Counted from the stretch's first letter, positions 24,050 to 38,133 are shown. The stretch: DNA of 64,000 bases from Hypanus sabinus (GCF_030144855.1 NC_082718.1:92194001-92258000); one strand, 5' to 3'. Numbers and translations: made by a program. Notes: generated by a model from the letters alone, not told the origin.

Positions 24050-25860
24050 CAGGCATATTAGCCCGTGATAGGACTGCAAGGAATGAATACTTCCAGGAAC
24101 TTGAAGCTACTCACACCTCAACGACAACTGCAGTGTGTTCTCTCGATTTCAAGATTGTTAAATGTCATTTCCAGTACACAAGGAGAACAAAATAATTGTT
24201 ACTCCAGATGCAATGCAGCACAAAAAACCCAACTAAGATAAAGTACACAAAAATAATTTTTTAAAAAAACCACAAAACATATAAATACACAAGATAGGTT
24301 ATGCACCTAGATTGATTGTATGTCCATAAAATGACGCTAGGCACATTAGGTGACTGACACAAAATGATAAAGTAGTGAGCCTGGTGGTCCTGGCTTGGTT
24401 GCTCCTTCTTGAGGGGGATGGAACATGAGCAGGGTGGGAAATTTCACTATGTTACTAGCCTTTTCCAGCCCCTTTCTGTATACATGCCTTTGATGGCTGG
24501 TAGGCTAGTGCCAGTGATGCACTGGGCAATTTTGCCAGCTCATTTTAGAGCCTTACTCTCCGCTGCAGTGCATTTTCCAATCACGCAGTGATGCAGCTTG
24601 ATTGCATACTCTCTACTGCGCATCTACAGATTGACGAATTGATGTGCATATATCCAGATCTCTTCAGCCTCCTTTGTGTATAATATGTTCTGAGACCATG
24701 ACAGCTTGTACAAGATGGGCATTCCCAGGCGTTCGAAACTCCTCTTCCTGAATTCCACAATCAGTTCCTTGATCTTACTGACATTGAATACAAGGTTGCT
24801 GTTGAAACACCATTCAACCAGCCAATCTATTGCAGTCCTGTAGGCCTCCTCGTCACTATGAAATTCTGCCAACAATAGTTGTGTCACTGGGGAAGTTATA
24901 GGTGGTGTTTGAGCTGTGCAAAGCCTCACAGTCATGACAGTACAGTGTAGAGTTGTGGGCTAAGGGCATATCCTCAAGTGCATATGTTGACTGTCAGTGA
25001 AGAGATGTTACTTCCAGTCTGCACTGATCGTGGTCTCCTGATGAAGAAGTGTGAACGGAAACATAGACCAAGGTTTTGAAGCTTGTTAAAGGTGGTGTTG
25101 AACCTGAGCTGTAATCAATAAACAGCAGCCTAACTACTATAGGTATTGTTAATGCCAAAGTGGTTCAAAGGCAAGAGGAGGGCCAGTGAAATTGCATTCA
25201 CTATCACACCCACTGTAGACCTGTTGTTGTAGTAGGCAAATTGCAGCATGTCCAGGTTGTCGCTCACAGAAATTAATTCCAGACCTGACAAATTTTGTAA
25301 AACACTTCATCACAGTAGGCGTGAGTGCTTCTGGGTGATTCATTAAGGCAGCTCAGCCTGCTCTTCTTGAGCATTGGTATAATTATTGCCCTTTTGAAGC
25401 AGGTGTGAACCTCCACGCAGCAGAGATGTCCTTGATTATTCTAGTGGTTGGTTGGTCCTGATGCCTTGTGAGGGTTCACCTTCTTGAAAGATGATCTGAG
25501 ACAGATATCACAAAGTTAGCAGATGCTGCAGGAGTTGCAGTTTTATTCTTCCTTTCAAAGCGTTCATAAAAACTGTTCAGCTCATTGGGGAGTGACATGT
25601 GACAGTCATTTATAATATTAGGTTTCACCTGGTAGGAAGTTAAGGCCTGCAGACCCTGCCATAGTTTACATCTCCAACTTCACTTGGAATTGCTTTATCA
25701 TAGCCTTCCATAGGCTGTACCTGGACATGCAGGATTCTGGATCACCACTCTCCAATGCCACAGATCTCGCCCTCAGCTGCAAATCTCCTGGTTCATCCAT
25801 ACCTTTGGTTTGTTTATGTCCAGTATGTTCTTAAAGGCTCACACATGTAGGGGAACCTGC
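24050..25860 (-). mobile_element. Degenerate REX1/Babar-like LINE
   Basis: ALTPTVMKCF and EEAYR..LVEWC..NL.FNVSKIKELIVEFRK motifs. Confidence 0.78.
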
Positions 25861-26159
25861 AGGATATAGCATTTCCAAGGATCCGCTGTCCATGTCCTTT
25901 TAATGGTTAGTCTGCATTTCAGAAATTCAGATAGCCCAAATGAGTAACTACAAGTTTTCTGGTAGTTGGCACAGACTATTGCCACTGTGCATTACTGGTG
26001 GAGGAAATGAATGTTCAGGATGGTGGGCTGGGTGCTAATTAAATGAAGGGTTTTGTCCTGGAAGCTATCAAGAATCTTGAGACTATTAGGCTGCAGTCAT
26101 CCAAGGAATTGGAGTCATTCAATCACTCTCTGTCTGCTGATCTTCCCAATGGTGGGAAG

Positions 26160-28847
26160 TGTATATTTAATATTTCAATATTTGAGTAATCTTGTATACA
26201 TATATTGTTTGATTAAGCATTCTTGTTTTGAAATAATTCATTACAGGTTATATGCATAAATAGGCAAACTGCATATGTCAGTATGCAGTGATATGCGCAT
26301 GCTTCACTTACAGTAAACTCAAATTTAGACCTGCACTTGGGACTCCCGTGTCTTCCTTTGAATTAGTTTAATGTTCTGAAGTTACAAAACGTAACATCTG
26401 TGATGCTGTATTTTTAAAACGAACCCAAGACAGCTATCCACCTATTGAAGCACAGTCGAACCAGAAAAAAATGAAACGAGGAATGGTTGGTATTTTCAAA
26501 AAGCAGCCCAACAATTGCAGAAACGGACGAGTTTAAAAAAAACAGTGTAGCACATGTTCTTCAGAAGGAATACATAATCAAGTTTAGAACACGGGTTCAT
26601 AATGAGTGCTTACCAGGTGATAGAAATCATTAAAAAACAGAAATAGCTGGCTACATTGTAAAAATTTAATGTTTAATTACACAAAGATAACCTGAGTATG
26701 TATACCGAGTTAATTCAACAATATTTTGAAGCAAATAAATTAACCTATGAGAAAAGAATACTGATTTTGCTAAGTGCAATGGGTTTAAAGGCATAGCTTG
26801 TTTTGAAGTTTGACTGCTCCAACCAAACCAGCAGATATGAGTTTTATTGTTATCGTGAAAGTGATGCAGGTACAGTTAGAACTGAAACTAGTTGATTTCA
26901 GAATGCTTTAGATTTCATAAGCGATCCATTTCAGCATACGTGGCTGAATTAACGAAACTGTCTGAGCATTGTCAGTTCAGTAGGCTTAATGATGCACTAA
27001 GATTGTCTAGTTTGTGGAATCTAACAAGAGAGCATTCAAAAACAGATCCTAACTGAAGTACAACTTACATTTAAAAGAGCAGTTGAAATTGATGTTTCAA
27101 CGAAACAGTAGACAGAGGTGCAATCGAGTTGCAGTCATGAATAAAAGAAAGCATGAAAAAAATTGCAACTTCTAAATGGAAACCAGACAGACCAAACAAA
27201 TTGCATTACTGTTGTGGTAGGGACTCAGATATACCAGACCAATGCAGGTTTAAGGGCAAAACATAGAAGATGGAACCACCAGGACACATACCAAAAGTAT
27301 GTTGGGCAGAGAAAAATAAATTGACTGCACAGGGAAGAGAAAAATCCAAATTAAACTGCAGTTTCAAAAGGAGCACTAATCTGCATGCTGTTGATGAAAA
27401 ATCTGATAATGATGAGTGATACAGGACAGTTAGTCTGGAGATTTACAATGTGAAAACTAACAACAGACAAGAAGTATGGCTTACACCAGAAATGAATGGG
27501 AAATTAATTAAAATTAAATTGAACACTGGCTTGGCTGTTTTAGTCATTCCGTTGAGTATGAACAGGATTTCAAACTTACTAAACTGAAGCCTCCAGATAT
27601 CCAACAAAGAAATACTGGAGAAAAGATAACTACTGTGGGAATGATATTTGTAACAATGAAATACAACAACCAACAAGCCACATTTGGTTTGTATGCAGTA
27701 AAAACAGGAAGACCAGCATTACGAGGACGTGTGTGACTGAAACTACAACTTGATTGCAATCCATCCACAATTTGCATGCTACATCCCCTGCAATAAAGCC
27801 CACTGAAAGCAATTTTAAAAATGTAGTAGACGATGCCACAAATGTCGAATACCATGAATCATAGCCCAACAGCGGACAAACAGGTGTTGGTGCCAACCCC
27901 TGTGCCTCTGATTGGAAAGCATACTGGACCAAGAAAGGACCATGCTGCTCAGAGGAATGTAAAATTGACAAAAGCAGTGGTCTGACTACAACAGCTTTTA
28001 TAGGCAACATACCTTAGAAAGCTTCTGCTATATTAATCAGTTACTGCAAAATATGGCTTAGTTTTAAGCTGGAAGATAGATCAATGAGCTTAAACAAATT
28101 TGAAAGCATTTGGCTTTTGTGAGTATAAAGAACCAGAACCTACTCTGTGTGCATTAAGGTTATTGTGTGAACTTCAAGTGGGAGACAAAAGGCTGTTTGT
28201 AAAAGTGGGAGTAAGAAAACAGAGGATTCATCAAATAACGTGGATGCTGAAACCAAGAGCAGTGATCAGATTGTAAAGGGAGCAATAGAAGGATTAATAA
28301 GAGAATACTCCAGTGAACTAAATGCACCTTCTCAAGATCAAGATACACACGAGAAGCCAAGAAAAGGAGAAGAAAGGTGTCCAGAGCTGTCAGAAACACT
28401 TCCTGCTGTCGCAGAGTCAACTCCATGGAGGAGGCCCCAGAACCTGAGGCTGTTTCATAGCCACGAGTCTCACCTGCCAAGTGATCTCCCTTGTCAGGAA
28501 AGACATTATCCCACAAGAGTAAGTAATTGTACTATATGGTATGTTGTGTATATAGTTGAGCTGTATTCTCTATTCGCTGGAGTTTAAAGCTAAGCAGGGA
28601 GGAGTGTTGTGTATTTAATTATTTCAGTAATATTTGAGTAATCTGTGAGTATATGTTGAATAAGCATTCTAGGTCAGTTAAATAAATCATTATTTGTTAT
28701 ATGTATAAATATATGTGAATTGCATACATAATCACATTACCACATGATATGCACACTCCTCACTTAAACTCAAAGTTAGACCTGCATTTTGGACTCTTGT
28801 GTCTACCTTCAAATTAATTTAATGTTTTGAAGTTACAAACCATAACA
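26160..28847 (+). mobile_element. Decayed, internally deleted Gypsy LTR retrotransposon
   Basis: Two ~240-bp diverged direct repeats (about 26160-26396 and 28605-28847) ending in TAACA; polypurine tract AAGCAGGGAGGAG before the 3' LTR; gag zinc-knuckle and protease (LNTGLAV, cf. LDTGSAV) remnants. Confidence 0.82.
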
Positions 28848-29757
28848 GAAAGGCTTCAAGCTGCAGGGTCACAGCTTCTAACCTGTGCCAATGGTGAATG
28901 TCAGGCTGTTGATGGTAGGTAAAAGGCTACACCAATGCCATTGAATATGAAACTAGATGGCTGCACTTTCTACTTCTGTGCCTTGTAACGTTATCTGGAT
29001 CATGCAGCAGCAAGAAGAATTTAATACTCTTCAATTATTTATGAACATCTCCATTTCCTACCGTATGGTGAAAATAAGATCATGGTTGAGCCAACTGAAG
29101 ATGGCTGGCCATAGGGACAACCCCTAACAACTCATGCAGTAATACCGAGGCTGGGACACAAATCACCTCGTTTATTCGAGGTATGACTATTCACAGGAAT
29201 GGGTTCCCCCCGCCCCAAGCTACCCATTTACTTCAACTTAATCAGTGCTCTACAACTACTGCCTTGATGTCAAAGACAGTCACTTTCATCATAACTCTGG
29301 AATCAGCTCTCTGGTCTACATTTGGATCAAGGTAATGTGGATGTTTAAAACCAAGTGCTTAGCACAATTCAAAACTGCCCTTGGTAGGTCCTTCTATCAT
29401 TTTGCTCATACTTGGTGATATTTACCCAAACTGAATTTGTTCCTTTTTTGTAATCAGGCTATATTCAAGATTTTGACATGAAATTAACTTAATTATTCAG
29501 CATTTCTCGGGTGATTTTGCAACTTCAAATGTCACTGATATGTATGCATCTTCTCTGAACGGACTCCAGTAGTTCAATAAGAGCCACTGATTTCCACCTT
29601 CTCAAGAATAACTAAGGCAAATACTTGAAAACTTAGGGCAAGCACAAGGTAAATCTTTTCTTGCCAGTGATGTGCATATTCCAGGAGTATTAAAAGTATT
29701 TTACACTCATCTTTGGAATAGTTTTGCCAGTTGTATAATACATTTATTACAAAATAC

Positions 29758-29840
29758 CTGTTACATCTGTTTGTTCCACTTTTTGTTTTTCCAGAAGTTC
29801 TTTTTCTTTTTGTTCCTGAAGCTTCTTTGCTCTTTCAAGC
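29758..29840 (-). CDS. RSRC2: RSRC2 exon 7 (LERAKKLQEQKEKELLEKQK...)
   Basis: 83 nt; coiled-coil LERAKKLQEQ; AG/GT flanks. Confidence 0.93.
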
Positions 29841-30472
29841 CTGTGTTGTAAACAATGGAAACCATTAGATATTTTATCATAATTTTGACTACTAATATCT
29901 TAGGACTTACACAATTATTTACTTGAATTATTGTGTGAATTATAATTTTGGTTAAATATCTGTAAGTCTTGAAGGAACAGTTGAAGATTGGGGATGTTCT
30001 CTGAAACCTGTTACAATTTAATCAACATGCTTTTGTTAAACATTTCAGTTAGGGAAGGTTTCATGGTTGCTGGGATTATTAATTAATCTGTGATTTTTAA
30101 ATTACCATTCAACATTCTTGGAAAGGGGAACAGCATTTTCTGCCATCTAATCTCATAATTCCACTTGTGTTAAGTGAGGATTTAAAAATCTGGCAGTCTA
30201 TTTCCTTGACCTGGGAAAAGACTGGTCCTGGGAATCCTAAAAATTATCTTATACCGAGTTGCCTGTGCTGTCCGTTCTTCAGCCACTTCTCAGTTTTGGC
30301 AACTATATTGCAGGCTAAAGTGTTAATAAAAGCATTGCATTGATCAACTTAACTGGTTAACAGGATACAATAGATGCAATTTAGCTTTGAATTCCCCTGA
30401 TGATCAGATGCTGCACCACTCCAGGTGAGCCTTAACTACTTGTATGATGCTCTTCCTTGGTGTTTGGGTATA

Positions 30473-31193
30473 CAGTGGATTCCAGTCAATTGGGCCATCA
30501 GGGCAGCCCTTTATTTGGGACTCTATACTGCTTAACTGGGACAGGAGACTATTGACAATTTCTAACTAGTCAGTCACGTGCGCTTGTGTGGCCATTAAGT
30601 ACTACACTGCGCTTAGAACAATCGTTTTAAGTAGTGTCAGTTGTTTGTGTTTATGTTCAAAAAGCAGTATTTTTTGTCATTGATAGTTGACAAGAAATAA
30701 GCAGTAAGACAATTTGGAACTGTTTTGCATTCAGGCCAAAATTGGCTGGAAATGAAAATGAAATGATTTCACTACTTTGAGAAGTTAGGAACTACAAAAA
30801 ATCTCAAACAATCATCTTGAATGTTACAATGAAAATGAAGACATGGAGAATACAATCATCTAAAGCATTGTCTAAAGGCAGTCCATTACCTGCACTAGAT
30901 GTCCAGGTTGCTTTTGTTAGTTTACAGTCAGTCAAACTAAAGAACACGGCAGATAAATTCCTCCATCGATAATTATTAGGAACTAATACAATTTATAGTA
31001 CTGTAGAATTATTGGCAGTGTTCTAATTTGTTCTGCATTTAATTTAAATACACAAATTGTTAATCAGTAAATGGTTGTCTGTTTTATGTACATCTTTTAA
31101 TGATTTCCATGAAATTTCAGCTAATGGGGGCAGCCACTTTATTGGGTCAAAATGTACTGGTCCCGATGTATCGCAAGTAACTGGAATCCTCTG
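30473..31193. mobile_element. Same Tigger-like family, copy 2
   Basis: TA|CAGTGGATTCCAG...CTGGAATCCTCTG; internal sequence colinear with copy 1. Confidence 0.8.
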
Positions 31194-32382
31194 CATTTGT
31201 TCCCCCCCCCCACCCCCCATATAATCCAGAATGATGTATATAGAATCATTCCCAAATTCAGAAGAACCTTGAGCTTGCCCAGGGCGATTGATCTGAAAAC
31301 CTCACAATGCCTCAAGCAATGGCTCACAAGTACAACTACAGTATTCTTTGGAAAAAATGTCCATAATTCATAATCAATCTACTTTTCCCTTGGACATTTG
31401 AGAACAGAATTTTTTTAAGTCAAAGATACCTACTATTAATTGAGGGGTTCATGGACCCAAGTTTGGGACCCCTGGTTTAGGAAATGCTAAAATATACATT
31501 TCTTAAATTTTTGAATTAAAGAAAAACATATTTTTCTGGGATGGCAGTTATTCTTTTGGTCAGTTGCCTACAGGACTTGATATGCACATTTTGTGGAAAA
31601 CAAGAGACCACCTCTACTCAATATTATCAGTTTACAGAAAAACACATTGAAGACAGAAGGATCTAGATCAATCAGTAAGTGTTAATGTCTGGGACCAAAA
31701 CCAAAAATATAAATTCAAAACACAAAATCTAAACGTTAATTATTGTTCAGGTGTGTGATTGTAATTCAGATGATTGGCTACTTACCCCTCCTCTGGCCAA
31801 AAGGTAACCAAGAACAGATATTTGGAACATTAGTGCTACTCTGTTATGAGCTGATGGAAAGCTAAAGGAAGTGGAAAGGAGATGGGAGGTTGGTGGAAAG
31901 ATGATTTGCCCCATTATAAAAAGCTTGAGTATGTACATCAAGTGGTAGAACTATTGTTTAGCAGCTATTGAAAAACAAACCAAATCCTCAGGGTCTGAGT
32001 GAGGGAAGTAACACTGCATAGCACGCTTCCAAATAACCGAGTTCCAAGTTGAAAAAGGTACATTCAATTCTTTATTATGAAACCAGCAAAAACAAAACTA
32101 TCAAAAATAGCATTTATGAAATAAATGATATTAACAAAGTTTGGAATTAGTAATACACATGTAATAAGCAAAGTTTGCACTCAAAATAAATATTACTTCA
32201 ACCACACCCACGTCCATGTGACAAATTACCATACCATAAAATAAAATGTGCAACGCAAAATACAATACAGACAGAAAACAGATACATGGCTCCTATTGAT
32301 TTAAAGCAAGCAACCTATATATGACAAGAAGTTGCATCAAATCAAACAAAACTGAATACTAACAGAAACTATTAAAAATTAC

Positions 32383-32490
32383 CTGCGAGCCAACGCTTCT
32401 TGAGCATCCATGGCAGCATTGCGGCCCCTGAATGCTGGCGGAGTCCGGCTGCGGCTTCTGCTTCTGCTAAATTTGCGTTTTCTTTTTTCT
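32383..32490 (-). CDS. RSRC2: RSRC2 exon 6 (...FSRSRSRSRTPPAFRGRNAAMDAQEALARR)
   Basis: 108 nt; diagnostic FRGRNxAMDAQEALARR motif. Confidence 0.94.
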
Positions 32491-33199
32491 CTGCAACACA
32501 TATTTCAATGATTCAAGAAAATAATAGTGAAAATTCATTTACTAATTTCTTCATCTGCCACAAAAAATTAAAAGATTCGGAATGAATAAATTTAACAGGC
32601 ACTTTTAAAACTATACCAACAAATAGAATTATTCTTATATACAGTGGCCACTTTATTAGGTTCCTCCAGTACCTAATAAACAGGTCACTGAGAGTATGTT
32701 CGCAGTCTGCTACTGTTGTTACCCATCCACTTCAAGATTTGAAGTGTTGTGTATTCAGAGATGCTCTTTCACACACCACTGCTGTAATGCGTGGTTATTT
32801 GAGTTACTGTCACCTTCCTGCCAGTTCTGAACAAGGGATTTTTGTCCAAAGAACTGCCGCTCACTGGATGTCTTTTGATTTTCATACCATTCTCTGTAAC
32901 CTCTAGAACTCAGGAATTCCCAATCTGGAGACGACAGACCCCTCAGTTAATGGTAGGAGTCCATGGCATAAAAAGGTTGGGAACCTCTGCTCTGGAGACT
33001 TGTGTGTGAAAATCCCAGAAGATCAGCAGATTCTGAGATACTCAAATCACCCTATTCGACACCAACAACCATTCCAAGGTCAAGTCACTAATATCACATT
33101 TCATTCCCCAGTTTTATGACTGGCCTGAAGTGAACCTCTTGACCATGCCTGCATGCTTTTATGCATTGAGTTGCTGCCATATGATTGGCTGAGTAGATA

Positions 33200-33937
33200 C
33201 AGTGGATTCCAGTTAATTGAGACACATCTTGGACCAGTACATTTAGCCCAATTTGCTTAAGTTCCATAGAAACAGTAAAACAAAAGGCATATATAAATAT
33301 AGGCAACCATTTAACTGAGTAACAAATTATACATTTAAATGAAATGCAGAACAAAGTAGAACACTACAAAAATGTATATTACTTCCTAATAGTTATTGAC
33401 GGATCCAGAGTAAGCTGCCATATTCTTTTGACTAACTATATAGTTCGTGTGCGTCAGCACAGACACCTAGTGTAGATAATGGACTACCTCTATATAAAGT
33501 TTTGGTGATCACATTCTCTAAAGTTTCACTTGCATCATAACATTCAAGACGATTGTCGATACCTTCAAATTCTTCATTGTTCCTACTTTGTTGAAATAGT
33601 GAAATAGTTTATTTTCACTCCTGCCCGTTTCTGGCATCTCCAAGCCTGAATACTCAAAACCTTTGTGAGCAACAGTTCTAAATTGTCTTGCTGCTCATTT
33701 CTAACCAACTATCTGTGAAAAATGAACATGTGCAACAGGCACTTATTAAAAACTTCTAAGTACCCTGTAGTATCAAACAGCCACACAAGTGCCCAGGTTT
33801 GACACTAGAAACTTTTCAACTGATCCCTGCCCCAATTAAGTAGCATAAACAGGGAAATCCAGACTATTTTCGATAAGAGTTGTCCCAAGTAAGTGGCCGC
33901 CTGATTAACCAGTGGCTCAGTTAACTGGAACCCACTG
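33200..33937. mobile_element. Same Tigger-like family, copy 3 (inverted), nested in an older Tc1-like element (about 32640-33980)
   Basis: TA|CAGTGGATTCCAG...CTGGAACCCACTG|TA. The host begins CAGTGGCCACTTTATTAGG and also carries an ~80-bp hAT-like MITE at 32911-32989. Confidence 0.78.
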
Positions 33938-36900
33938 TATTTGCAGTAACAAGGAATACAGATGTACCAATTTAAGTGGACAACAAATGTATGATCACAG
34001 TAAAAACAATAGAACAGAAAACATGTTCTTATGTTACAAGTTCCAGGTTCCCACTGAGTGAAAATAAAGAGTTGCGAATACCTAAATACGTAATTTGAAT
34101 AGGAAGAAATTAAACTTAACATTATGAATAAAATGAACATCAGAAATATCCATTACTTCTACAATACTCAATTAAGTAGCTATTTCAAGTACTTTTCTTA
34201 TTTAAAGGCACAGTTATGCAAATAGTAAATGCAAATCAGAATATATTTGCTCTGACAGTTTTTTCATGTTGAAATATAACTGTTTCTCTTTCCCTAGAGG
34301 CTGCATGACCTGCATGCTTCCAATATGTTATTTTAAATTCTGATTTCCAGTAGTTTTTTTTTTAATTTATAGTTGCTGCTGTTTTATTTTGAATATACCA
34401 GAAAAACAGGTTCGCACACAGGAAATGTGACCCCGGTGTTTCTTGCAGAATTTCTCAGCACAATTTTGCTTTACTTATTATGTATTTTTAATCATTTAAA
34501 ATTTCTCATGCGGGGAACTGAGTGCAACACTGTCCAATCTGATGAATCAATCAGACACAAGGAATAGACAAGAAATAGATATAAAACAGTACATTTCCAC
34601 ATTATAAAGGAGTTATTTTCCTTGAAAACTGTCCATACCACAATTTTCCCCGACATGAACCCATTAAATACGTAGCAATATATTCCTACAGGATGTTTTC
34701 CCTCTCATTGGTAATGCCCCCACAAGGTGCAAAGACTACAGACGATAATTCCAATTGTATTATGGGAAGAGAGATAATTATTTTTCCTTCAATTGATCAG
34801 AAATGTATGTTAAATTTCTTGAAAAAAGCTTATATTACAAGTATCAATAGAAGTGATATCCATCAGATCCAAAGCAATTCTGGCAGTGTACAATTGTTGT
34901 TCTTGGTAGTTTAGGTCTCTGTATATATTGGGTATATTTATATATTCTTCTTCACATAAACTTCCGAAGAGGCAACTTTCATTCAATGAACTGCCGTAAC
35001 ATTCAGTTGCACTGTATCGTTTTAACTTAGATATTCTGCAGATTCACTGATGGCAAATTGGGAGATTTTCTAAGATCAGATAGACATGACAAAAGCAGGG
35101 CATGAAGCAGTGCCATAACAATAACGGGATAGCTCCACAGTATATTGGTATTTAAGACCTTATATTTGTTAACACTGCAGTTACTTCCTTAGCAGAATGG
35201 GAAAGAGAAGATTTTGAAATATTGGATGGTGTTGTGTTCATAGGAGTGATCTTGATGTTTTAAGGTACACACAGCATGTGAGCATTAGGGATGATCTTAG
35301 CGCTAAGAGCGCAATTAATGCTATGCAAGTAAATTTGCAAAAAATAATAGGATAATGGGAATTACAGGAATGACAACATTGGGGAAAAACATTAATTTTC
35401 TCATGGAAAGTAATCCAACCAATATAGACATACAATGTGTTTCCACCTATTGGCAACTTCCTCTTTCTACATCATCGGTTCTTTTTTATCAAAAATTATT
35501 ATTTTTTGTTTGTTTTTGAAATTGAAGGGATGTTTGGAAAAAAAAGGAACAAGAATGCAGAGAAAATAATCATTATAATAATGCTATCAACTTAGGAATC
35601 TTGCTGACAATGCGTTGAGAAATATATTCCATTAATAAACATGAATTGAACACAAAGTGTTCTCTGTTGAAGGTAGTCTAGCAATGCAGGCTGCTTCTCC
35701 GCCTTTTGTGTTGTCCCAGCTCTGAAATAAAATAATCCCATTTATCATCCTTTGAAGGTAACAGAAGATCCTTTAAGGTATTCATAAAATTCTTTGCAAA
35801 TAATAATTGAACCCATTTTTAGGTAATGCATTCCAATTATGACACAATTGTACAATTTCTGCTCTGAAATATTTAACTGGTTTTACTGCTTAAACCCAGT
35901 AGTTACTCAGCCATCCAAGTTTCTATCTGCTTCATCAAAACCTTCAATGCAACAATGAAAACTATCCCAGTTGCTCTGTTAGAAAGTCTTTCACCCAGTA
36001 CTATTTCAGTAAACTAATTGTTTCTGCTTCACTTCGAAGATCTTGATAGACATCCTCAAGTGTGGTACTGGAAATCAGCTAAAATACTTAAATAACAGCT
36101 GAGGTAATCCTTTATTAAGCTTTTGCAGTACTTTTTTTCCCCATACTACGTTCCTATTTCAGCATCCAAAGCTCTCCTATCAGCTCCAAAGACAAATATG
36201 CTTATACTCACTATTCATTGCACATTTGAAATCCGGTTACCGCTCATTCTTCTCTACGATATTCTTGACATTAAATAGAATAGTGAAATGTAAACTCAGT
36301 ATGTGTTCCTGTCCTATTCACTGTTTATTAAATTTCCCATGCAGAAGCATCGAAATAAAATCTCCCGCCAATTCCCAAATCAACAGTACACATCAACAAA
36401 GAAGTAATGGTTTCCAATGCCAACCTCTGGATGAAAGGCAATGCAGTTTTTCTTCTGCCTAGATAATCTTTCAGTACAGTGCTTTGTTTTCTGCATAACA
36501 GCTAATAATTCACATAGCAAAGAAGCAATCTCTCACAATGTAAGGAACAGAAGTCCTTACAAAAGGCAGGTTCCATTTTGGAAGTGGAGAAGTGAATTTA
36601 AAATAGAAAAAAAAAGCAGCACAGAGCAACTAATTGCAGCTGGCCCAAGAAATCAGTGCAATTATTTGTCAGTGGCCAAACTGACTACAACCTACTGGTC
36701 TTAATTAAAGGCATGCACACACCTGTAGGGAGAAAACTCTGCTGCCCATTTATTTGTCAATCTTGCTCTCATTCTTGTTAAAGATTATTTTGAATTTAAG
36801 GAAAAGCACCTAATCAATTTTGTTACTCCGCACCACTTCCCTAACTTCATCTTTCAATTTCTCCACAATACTGCTTTCTAAGATCTGCACACTCTTGTAA

Positions 36901-37207
36901 ATTTGATCTCCTCAGCATCTCCAATTTTAATTGCTGTGTTATTAATGGTTGTGCGTTCATCCAATAAAGCCCAACTTCTCTGAACCTTTCTTTGTTCACT
37001 TTAAGTGGTATCATAAAACACAGCCAAGCTTTTAGTACCATGTTTGTGAATCTTGCCTGGATAGCTCAGTGCCAACTTTTACTCAATAATGTTCCAACAG
37101 ATAAAATGTTAATATTCAAATATATGTCAGAGAGTTATTGGCCAAAAACAATTTGGAAGCTATTTTCTATAACAAATATAGTTACAATTACAGACCAATC
37201 AACTTAC

Positions 37208-37831
37208 TTGCTTCTACTTCTACTCTTGCGAGGCCTGTGCCTTGATCGTGATCTTGAACGTGATTTTGGTCGCCGTTTTTTTTCTCTGGTTCTTGAGCGC
37301 CTGTCCCTGCTTCTTGAATGCCTGTCCCTGCTCCTTGAACGCCTGTCTCTGCTCCTTGAACGCCTGTCTCTGCTCCTTGAACGCCTCCCATGACTTCTTG
37401 AGCGCCTCCCTCGGCTCCTTGAACATCTGTCCCGACTCCGAGATCGCTTATCCTTGCTCCTTGAGCGTCTGTCCTGACTGCAAGATCGCTTATCCTTACT
37501 TTTTGAGCGCCTGTCCCTGCTCCTTGACCGCTTATCCTTACTCCTCGAGCATCTATCCCGGCTCCTTGACCGCTTATCCTTGCTCCGCGAATGCCTGTCC
37601 CTGCTCCGGGATCGTCTGTCCTTGCTTCGCGACCGCTTGTCTCTGCTCCGTGATCGCCTATCTTTGCTCAAGCGTCTGTCCCGACTCCGGGAGCGCTTGT
37701 CTTTGCTCCTTGAATGCCTGTCCCAGCTCCTTGAGCGCTTGTTTCTGCTCCCTGACCGCCTATCTCGACTCCGAGATCTTTTCTCTTTGCTCTTTGAACG
37801 TGATCTTCTCCTTTCACGGCTGCGATGTCGT
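37208..37831 (-). CDS. RSRC2: RSRC2 exon 5, expanded RS domain
   Basis: 624 nt, phase 2-2, open frame of about 24 RSRSxDx heptads; CCCAG acceptor and GTAAGT donor. Confidence 0.92.
37280..37780 (-). repeat. Coding minisatellite, 21-bp unit (about 24 copies) with partial 42-bp higher-order structure
   Basis: Units such as GCGTTCAAGGAGCAGGGACAG / GCGGTCAAGGAGTAAGGATAA; encoded heptads alternate RSRSRDR and xSRSKDK. Confidence 0.9.
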
Positions 37832-38133
37832 CTGGGTCATGACACAAACAGAAATTGATAAACTTGTGTTTACACAAAAGAACATCAATCCTACTGACAG
37901 TTAATGGAAAACCTTTAGATCAACAATTACAACATTCAAATGATAAAAATGTCCCTTTAAAATTAATGTTTTTAAAGAATATTAATTAAAGAAAGGCTAG
38001 CTTTGAATCAGATGAATAATAATGTTGAAAATTAATGTCTTCATAATTTGGCAAAGGTGTTTCAATTAGGACCCCAAGCAAAAGACAAACAAGCCTCAAA
38101 TATGTTAAAAAGAAATACATTAGCACTACTTAC

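Noticed and set aside
37242-37904. 220-aa Cys-rich and Leu-rich plus-strand ORFs, and regular spacing that might suggest a CRISPR-like array
   Set aside because: These are antisense or alternative frames of the RSRC2 21-bp coding repeat. There are no unique spacers and the context is a eukaryotic exon.
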